Source: Dendrobates tinctorius (Eukaryota). Taken from it: 64,000 bases of DNA. A program made the position numbers and the translations under genes. The number at the start of each line of letters is the position of its first letter. Positions within the stretch are counted from its first letter, which is position 1. The stretch lies in NCBI RefSeq assembly GCF_039654945.1, contig NW_027361863.1:2604001-2668000 (forward strand). Direction: 5' to 3'. The notes below the pieces were generated by a model that did not search any database, was not told where the DNA came from, and saw nothing but the letters and a program-made list of their open reading frames with translations. Positions 58,001 to 64,000 of the stretch are shown piece by piece.

Positions 58001-60960
58001 ATGCAGCTTCCTGTTTCGCCCCTTCTCTCCTTTTTTTTTTTCCCTCTTCTCCCTGCCTGCGCAGCCTCTACCTGTGGGCGATACCGCGATGTTTGCTTCT
58101 CAACCGGAAGTTCAGAGGCATCCACTTCCGGGTCGCCTCGCCGCTGCATGGGAGCGCCGGCGTTATGTTCACCGGGCGCCTCTCGGCCATCGCTGCCCCC
58201 GCACCGCCGGATTTGCTCATACTGCTGACACCACCGGAGTCAGGTATGAAATTCTTCTCTCCTCGCGCTTCGGCGTCCCTGCGAGCTCGGCAGTCATCTG
58301 CGGTCCTGGCCTCGCAACCAAGGGGGGGGGGGGGGGGCGGGGGGGCACTACAATGGTAGCCCCGATGCCGTGCTGTCATATGAGCCCTGCTTGGCTCGTA
58401 ATGCCACATCCCTGAGGGAGCTAGGTGTCGGCTCCTGCACCACCACCGTGAGCAAGGCACATTATTACCTGCTCCACGTGCATTACCAGCTGAGGGGGGA
58501 GCTGAATATCAATCTCCCCCGATGCTGCTTCCGGCTCTGGGGACCACACCATTTATCTCTCTGTAGGTTTCCTGTTCCTAGGGGCGGATCCCCTCTCTCA
58601 GTGGGTGCTGTCGTGGCGAAGAGAAAAACAAACCTAACCCCGGCCGCTATATTTGTCTCACCAAGTAAATCCATGCACAGTTCTGCATCGATTCTGCCGT
58701 CTTCTGTCAGGGCTCCGAAAACCAAGCCGTCAGCACCATGGAGTTTTGCTAGACGGATATCAGCTTTCATGACTTCCATCTCTCGGTCAGAGTAGAGGAA
58801 GTCTCCTCCTCGTGGCCGAATCATCACATACACAGGGATCTGCACGTACTGCTTCACCACCTGCAAGAGACCTGCAAAATGTACGAGATGATGACGGGGC
58901 GAATATTCTCTGCCATGCCGCTTCATCCCTTCCCCTGACCTATATTTCCCCAAATATCGATGGTGACAAGATAAGGCTGGTGAGCAGGTTATGGTCCTCA
59001 TTTACCCAATAACATCTTTTATCTCCAGCCTCGATAATCAGTACAGCAGTGGCAATTAAAGCTACAACTGAGGGTAAGCAAGTTTCATTTCTTTGCTTTA
59101 GCAGTAATTACCAGACCTTAGAAAACCCCTTCAATTGTACATAGAACATTAGAAATCATTATCAGTGGAGGTCTAACTTCTGGGAACCCCCCATCTCCAC
59201 TAATCCTGAAGGGGGCATAGCACTGGCTTAGTTTCACCTGCACAGCAGATGGGAAAACCCATCGTAGAGTCTCAGAGGTCGGACCAACACCAATCAAAAA
59301 ATAAGGGCAAGACAGACCACCGCTAATCATGAAGTAATGGCAGATAGAACCACCAAACATAAAATAAGGGCAGGTCGGTCCACCACCAATGCAGGTCAGA
59401 CCACCAAAAATAAAATAAGGGCAGGTCGGACCACCACCAATGCAGGTCAGACCACCAAACATAAAATAAGGACAGGTCGGACCACCACCAATGCAGGTCA
59501 GACCACCAAACATAGAATAAGGACAGGTCGGACCACCACCAATGCAGTTTGGACCATAAGGACAGATCAGACCACCAAAAAAAAAAAATAAAAAATAAAT
59601 GTTATGGCACATCCGATCATCACTTTACAATGCTGGAATACCTTGTCATATATCGTTGCTGACCCTTTAGTAATACAATCTGTGGATGAGCGAAAGTGCT
59701 CTTTATTCAAGTTTGCATTGTGTATCGCGGGTGCTGGAGCGCCATGCCCAAGTTCCCACCCCATACGTTTCACGGCTGTTAAAACAGCCAAAAAGCATGC
59801 GGGGATTGTTCATGTATGGCAGACAATTCCCGCATGGTTTTTTTTTGGGGTGTCTATCACCAGAGAAACATATGGAGTGGGGGACGATCATCTCATGCGA
59901 GCGCCCGTGATACTCGGTGTGTATCTGAGCACCCGATGCAAAGTCGAGTAACAAGCACTTTTGCTCCTCACTAGATGTGATCCTACAAAAAAAAGTTGCA
60001 TCAAGCTACGAGTTTTAACACTGTTCATTTTACAAAATCATGGTTTAGCGGGAAAGGGGGGTTTCAGTGTAAAAACCAGAACCAAACCGAACAAAAATGT
60101 TGGCGCAAAAGAAGCAGTAGGAAATCAACCGAGAGGTTGTGTAAAAGTCAAGCCCAAAGCATCTAAAGATGCAATGAATGGATCATTCTGTATCTCAGGG
60201 TGAAATTTGGAAGATCTTAAGACGATCTAGTCTAAGGCTATATTCACACTGAATTATTTTTTTTTTTAGTACCAACTCGCCAAACTCCTCTTGGAAAACT
60301 CTTCCAAAATTTTTTTTTTTTTAAGGTGAAATCCATGTTGCTGTTCATATAAGTTTTTGGGGGCTTTTTTCCCTGAAGAGGTTTTGACAAACATCTGATG
60401 GAAAAATTAAAGTGCAATGTCACTTCTTAGAAAGAGTACCAGAAGGAAACCAGTACAAGCTAGGCACAGTCCAATCAAAAGACTGCAAAGAAAAAAAAAA
60501 CTGCTCCAGGAAAAGAAAAACTTCTCCAAAACCTCCCAAAAGTATGGGGGCAGTTTATTGAAGCAGTTTCTGCTGTTATGATTTTTTAACTCCTGAGAAA
60601 TAAAAGAGTGAAGACAGCCGAGCTCTGCACTGTCTGAACAGCGCCCTGGATTAGTAAATCTCTCCCATTCTGCACCTCAGGGCTTAAAACATTTATTGTT
60701 TGTCTCACACCAATACTTTCAAAATTGGGTACAACACACCTATGGTCGGGGTGATTCCTCCTTCCAGTAAACTGGCACAGAGTTCTATACGTCCGGCACC
60801 TGATGAGAAAAAAAAAGCTTCTGTGTGCAAAGAAAATCCCCCTCTAATTAAAAAAAAAAAATGAATAAAATGTATGCACTCTCTTACCTCCCCTCTCAGC
60901 GTTCACTGCAGACTCGACGGAATCGACACAAACTTCCATAAGGAAACCCTGATCCGCCAT
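45931..60960 (-). CDS. CUTC: CUTC copper homeostasis protein cutC homolog, complete, 8 coding exons, 252 aa
   Basis: [32 protein letters not shown]...[12 protein letters not shown]...VTFHRAFD...RVLTSG...EFHCSAR...KNFL*. 759 nt including stop, all GT-AG. Confidence 0.96.
46670..47150. mobile_element. Palindromic MITE with nested GTAAACATCGGGTA repeats
   Basis: Nested inverted repeats centred near 46885. Confidence 0.65.
47966..48071 (-). CDS. CUTC: CUTC coding exon 7
   Basis: [34 protein letters not shown], 106 nt. Confidence 0.95.
48827..48854 (-). CDS. CUTC: CUTC coding exon 6
   Basis: AKGRIIVMP, 28 nt. Confidence 0.92.
49878..51329 (+). mobile_element. 5'-truncated L2/CR1-clade LINE (RT C-terminal half, 3' UTR, (AAT)n tail) in a CUTC intron
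   Basis: [65 protein letters not shown]; tail GGCGCTATAACAAT(AAT)n; possible TSD ATCTCT. Confidence 0.92.
51537..51670 (-). CDS. CUTC: CUTC coding exon 5
   Basis: [44 protein letters not shown], 134 nt. Confidence 0.96.
52207..52242 (-). CDS. CUTC: CUTC coding exon 4
   Basis: [11 protein letters not shown], 36 nt. Confidence 0.93.
53590..54553 (-). pseudogene. DIRS tyrosine recombinase, disrupted
   Basis: [28 protein letters not shown](R), [14 protein letters not shown]. Confidence 0.9.
54554..56400 (-). pseudogene. DIRS reverse transcriptase / RNase H / DNA adenine methyltransferase-like, disrupted
   Basis: [76 protein letters not shown]; frameshifts. Confidence 0.9.
56471..57965 (-). 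pseudogene. DIRS ORF1/gag-like, disrupted
   Basis: [33 protein letters not shown] motifs; upstream CALC...LCQTC zinc-finger remnant; stops and frameshifts. Confidence 0.75.
58662..58871 (-). CDS. CUTC: CUTC coding exon 3
   Basis: [28 protein letters not shown]...ELCMDLL, 210 nt. Confidence 0.96.
59277..59580. repeat. ~51-bp tandem repeat in a CUTC intron
   Basis: GGTCGGACCACCACCAATGCAGGTCAGACCACCAAACATAAAATAAGG repeated. Confidence 0.85.
60740..60799 (-). CDS. CUTC: CUTC coding exon 2
   Basis: [19 protein letters not shown], 60 nt. Confidence 0.94.
60888..60960 (-). CDS. CUTC: CUTC first coding exon
   Basis: Acceptor CAG at 60967-60965, ATG at 60960, [24 protein letters not shown], donor GTAAG. 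Confidence 0.92.
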
Positions 60961-61304
60961 CTCCCTGCGTAATAACAGGAGACAAACTGCATATATGACT
61001 CTGGGCGTCAAAGAAGCACAAGTAACACAAAGAGTTAAAAAAATAATAGCAGCTTAGCTGTGAAAAGAGAAACCGGAGACCATAGTGACGGGAACCGGGG
61101 AAGGAAAATATAAAGACAGCACCGACCCTCAGAGTAAGCGGGAAGGAATGCAAAATCCACCGATGCATCCTGGGTAATGCAATTACTGCAGGTCCTGCTG
61201 CCACAGCTGCACGAGGCATGACAGTGCCCGGAGGATATTATGTTTATTGGCTTTTAATAGAAACCTACAGCATGGAAGGGGAAAAAACTGCGACATTGTG
61301 ACGG

Positions 61305-61640
61305 TGGGATCAGCCCCCCCGAGCCGCACGGCAGCCACGGCCGGGGTCAGCCCCCCCCCCCCCCCCCCCTCGAGCCGCACGGCAGCCACGGCCGGGATCA
61401 GCCCCCCCCCGAGCCGCACGGCAGCTACGGCCGGGATCAGCCCCCCCCCCCCCGAGCCGCACAGCGGGGATCAGCCCTCAAGCCACACACCACTGCCAGG
61501 ATCAGCTCCCGCGCAGCCACGGCCAGGATCAGCCCCCGCGCAGCCACGTCACGATGAAACACCACGTTGCCACGGCCAGGATCAGCCCCCGAGCAGCCAC
61601 GTCACGATGAAACACCACGTTGCCACGGCCAGCATCAGAC
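61305..61640. repeat. GC-rich tandem repeats (GGATCAGCCCC...GAGCCGCACGGCAGCCACGGCC)
   Basis: Direct observation. Confidence 0.8.
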
Positions 61641-61899
61641 CCTGTGCTGCCATGAACACCACAACCAAGATCAGACCCCACACCGCAACCGTCACCAGTG
61701 GGATCAGATCAGTCCCCCACACCAGGCTCAGCCTATCCCCCAGCAGCTGACATCCTGCTGTCACATCCTGGCTACAGCTCACGTGCTTACACCTATTCTT
61801 TGCCATCTAACTGTGCAGAGCAGCATCAGGTGACACATGGCAGGGACATACAGGGGGCAGTCACCCACACCCCGCATCCTCAGCCCGGGTCACACGCAC

Positions 61900-62400
61900 T
61901 ACATGTTTACCTCCCTGTGTCACCATCCCCCACTACGTCCCCGACCACAACACCCACTAGCCGCTGATTGGTTACCCCTCCATTCTCTCTTCCTTCCGGT
62001 TTAACGCCTCTCTCGCTCGGATTGGCTATCTAAATGCCAGTGTCGGTTCCGATTGGCTGTCTGCAGAAATCCCTTCGTCATTGGGTCGTCGTCTGACAGT
62101 GGCGCTCAGTGATTGGTCAGCATTCTCTATAGCGCGTTTCGCAGCTTTCCATTCCTTGCGGAGCCATTGAGGACTCGGATCTGTGACTATTCCGGAGTCA
62201 TGGCGGGGGGCGCTACCGCTGTGCGCGGACGCTCACCACCTCTGTTTACTAAGTGGCTACGCTGAAGCGCGCCTGACGTTCCATTACGTACCCTCGTGAC
62301 GTGACGCGTTACGTGATGACGTTGCTTCCAACATGGCGGCGCCCATGAGTGACACTTTGGTCCTCACCGGTTAGCAGCCATATCTGCAGAGGGGAATGTA
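61900..62400. promoter_or_regulatory. CpG-rich bidirectional promoter (CUTC / divergent gene, probably COX15)
   Basis: CpG-dense. Five ATTGG boxes (61967-62116), ETS-like CTTCCGG about 61993, clustered TGACGT/TTACGT CRE-like motifs 62274-62322, YY1-like AACATGGCGGC about 62330-62340. Candidate minus-strand donors at 62236 and 61910; plus-strand donor GTAAGT at 62398. Confidence 0.75.
62333..62397 (+). other. Putative first exon of a divergent gene (COX15 expected by synteny; coding status unclear)
   Basis: ATGGCGGCGCCCATG at 62333 and donor GTAAGT at 62398, but the ATG frame stops at 62372-62374. No diagnostic COX15 sequence is in the window. Confidence 0.4.
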
Positions 62401-62737
62401 AGTGTCGGCTGTCGTCTGTGAGGTTGGGGGTTGTGGAGAGCAGAGCGCGGTCCTGCATGTGATAGTGTCTGTCTCCCGGCGCTGCTACCTGTCTGGGATA
62501 ACGGGCAGCCTGCGGTCTCCTCAGTATAGGACCGTCTGTGCTTCCCCGGCCGCGCACACAACGGAAATGTGCCGTCACCCACAGCTACCAATCAGAATAA
62601 CGCTTTCATTTTCCAAACGGAGATGTAAAAATAAGAGCTGGAATCTGATTGGTTGCTTGATTACCATGTGTTACCCTGAAAACAACTTGATAATTCACTT
62701 TCACACATGTGACTGTGCAAAGTGTTTGGACCATCCT

Positions 62738-64000
62738 TCTCTGCTCCCCCCCATAGCCACAGCAGCCCCTCTGCTCCCCCCCATAGCCACAGCAGCCCCT
62801 CTGCTCCCCCCCATAGCCACAGCAGCCCCTCTGCTTCCCCCCATAGCCACAGCAGCCCCTCTGCTCCCCCCATAGCCACAGCAGACCCTCTGCTCCCCCC
62901 CCATAGCCACAGCAGACCCTCTGCCCCCCCCCATAGCCACAGCAGACCCTCTGCTCCCCCCCATAGCCACAGCAGACCCTCTGCTCCCCCCCCATAGCCA
63001 CAGCAGACCCTCTGCTCCCCCCCCCCATAGCCACAGCAGACCCTCTGCTCCCCCCCATAGCCACAGCAGACCCTCTGCCCCCCCCATAGCCACAGCAGCC
63101 CCTCTGCTCCCCCCCATAGCCACAGCAGCCCCTCTGCTCCCCCCCACAGCCACAGCAGCCCCTCTGCTCCCCCCCACAGCCACAGCAGCCCCTCTGCTCC
63201 CCCCCATAGCCACAGCAGCCCCTCTGCTCCCCCCCATAGCCACAGCAGCCCCTCTGCTCCCCCCCATAGCCACAGCAGCCCCTCTGCTCCCCCCATAGCC
63301 ACAGCAGACCCTCTGCTCCCCCCATAGCCACAGCAGACCCTCTGCTCCCCCCCCCATAGCCACAGCAGACCCTCTGCCCCCCCCATAGCCACAGCAGACC
63401 CTCTGCCCCCCCCATAGCCACAGCAGACCCTCTGCTCCCCCCCATAGCCACAGCAGACCCTCTGCTCCCCCCCCATAGCCACAGCAGACCCTCTGCTCCC
63501 CCCCCATAGCCACAGCAGACCCTCTGCTCCCCCCCCATAGCCACAGCAGACCCTCTGCTCCCCCCCCATAGCCACAGCAGACCCTCTGCTCCCCCCCCCA
63601 TAGCCACAGCAGACCCTCTGCCCCCCCCATAGCCACAGCAGACCCTCTGCTCCCCCCCCCATAGCCACAGCAGACCCTCTGCTCCCCCCCCCATAGCCAC
63701 AGCAGACCCTCTGCTCCCCCCCCCATAGCCACAGCAGACCCTCTGCTCCCCCCCCCATAGCCACAGCAGACCCTCTGCTCCCCCCCCATAGCCACAGCAG
63801 ACCCTCTGCTCCCCCCCCATAGCCACAGCAGACCCTCTGCTCCCCCCCATAGCCACAGCAGACCCTCTGCTCCCCCCCCATAGCCACAGCAGACCCTCTG
63901 CTCCCCCCCCATAGCCACAGCAGACCCTCTGCTCCCCCCCATAGCCACAGCAGACCCTCTGCTCCCCCCCCATAGCCACAGCAGGCCCTCTGCTCCCCCC
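62738..64000. repeat. ~30-bp C-rich minisatellite (CTCTGCTCCCCCCCATAGCCACAGCAGACC)n, runs off the right edge
   Basis: About 40 units with variable C-run length. Confidence 0.96.

Larger units (their letters stand above)
53132..58628 (-). mobile_element. Full-length degenerate DIRS1-like tyrosine-recombinase retrotransposon in a CUTC intron
   Basis: Inverted terminal repeats (about 53176-53250 vs about 58540-58612); ICR 53443-53529 complementary to both termini; gag, RT (YLDD), RNase H, MT and YR ORF fragments. Confidence 0.94.

Noticed and set aside
58483-59001. 172-aa ORF as a single-exon or bacterial cutC (horizontal transfer)
   Set aside because: Only 58662-58871 is coding. The flanks are intron or DIRS terminus, and the gene has the normal vertebrate exon structure.
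59118-59612. 164-aa ORF with [15 protein letters not shown] repeats
   Set aside because: Translation of an intronic 51-bp tandem repeat; CUTC splices correctly without it.
62606-63979. Three ORFs of 408-457 aa on the minus strand
   Set aside because: Translations of a stop-free 30-bp minisatellite that is open in all three frames.

Overview
Vertebrate genomic DNA, most likely an anuran amphibian (inferred from the repeat families, not verified). It shows the conserved ABCC2-CUTC-(COX15) neighbourhood. ABCC2/MRP2 is on the minus strand: coding exons 1-23 map from 26551 down to 307 (1090 codons, all GT-AG, phases consistent), and the gene runs off the left edge. CUTC is complete on the minus strand (8 coding exons, 60960-45931, 252 aa). 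A CpG-rich bidirectional promoter at about 61.9-62.4 kb probably also drives a divergent gene (COX15 by synteny only). Three large elements are well bounded: a 9.9-kb hAT transposon (31354-41230, TIRs and an exact 8-bp TSD) with a disrupted BED-finger transposase; a full-length DIRS tyrosine-recombinase retrotransposon (ITRs and ICR) in a CUTC intron; and a 5'-truncated L2/CR1 LINE. There are also Tc1 and Gypsy remnants, many palindromic MITEs and several minisatellites. The most unusual item is the ~4.2-kb hAT cargo: a tandem array carrying three ~410-bp foldbacks and a repeated stem-loop/antisense-peptide motif. Also notable are an apparent spliceosomal intron in the DIRS gag region and a candidate variant hammerhead ribozyme inside inverted repeats upstream of ABCC2.
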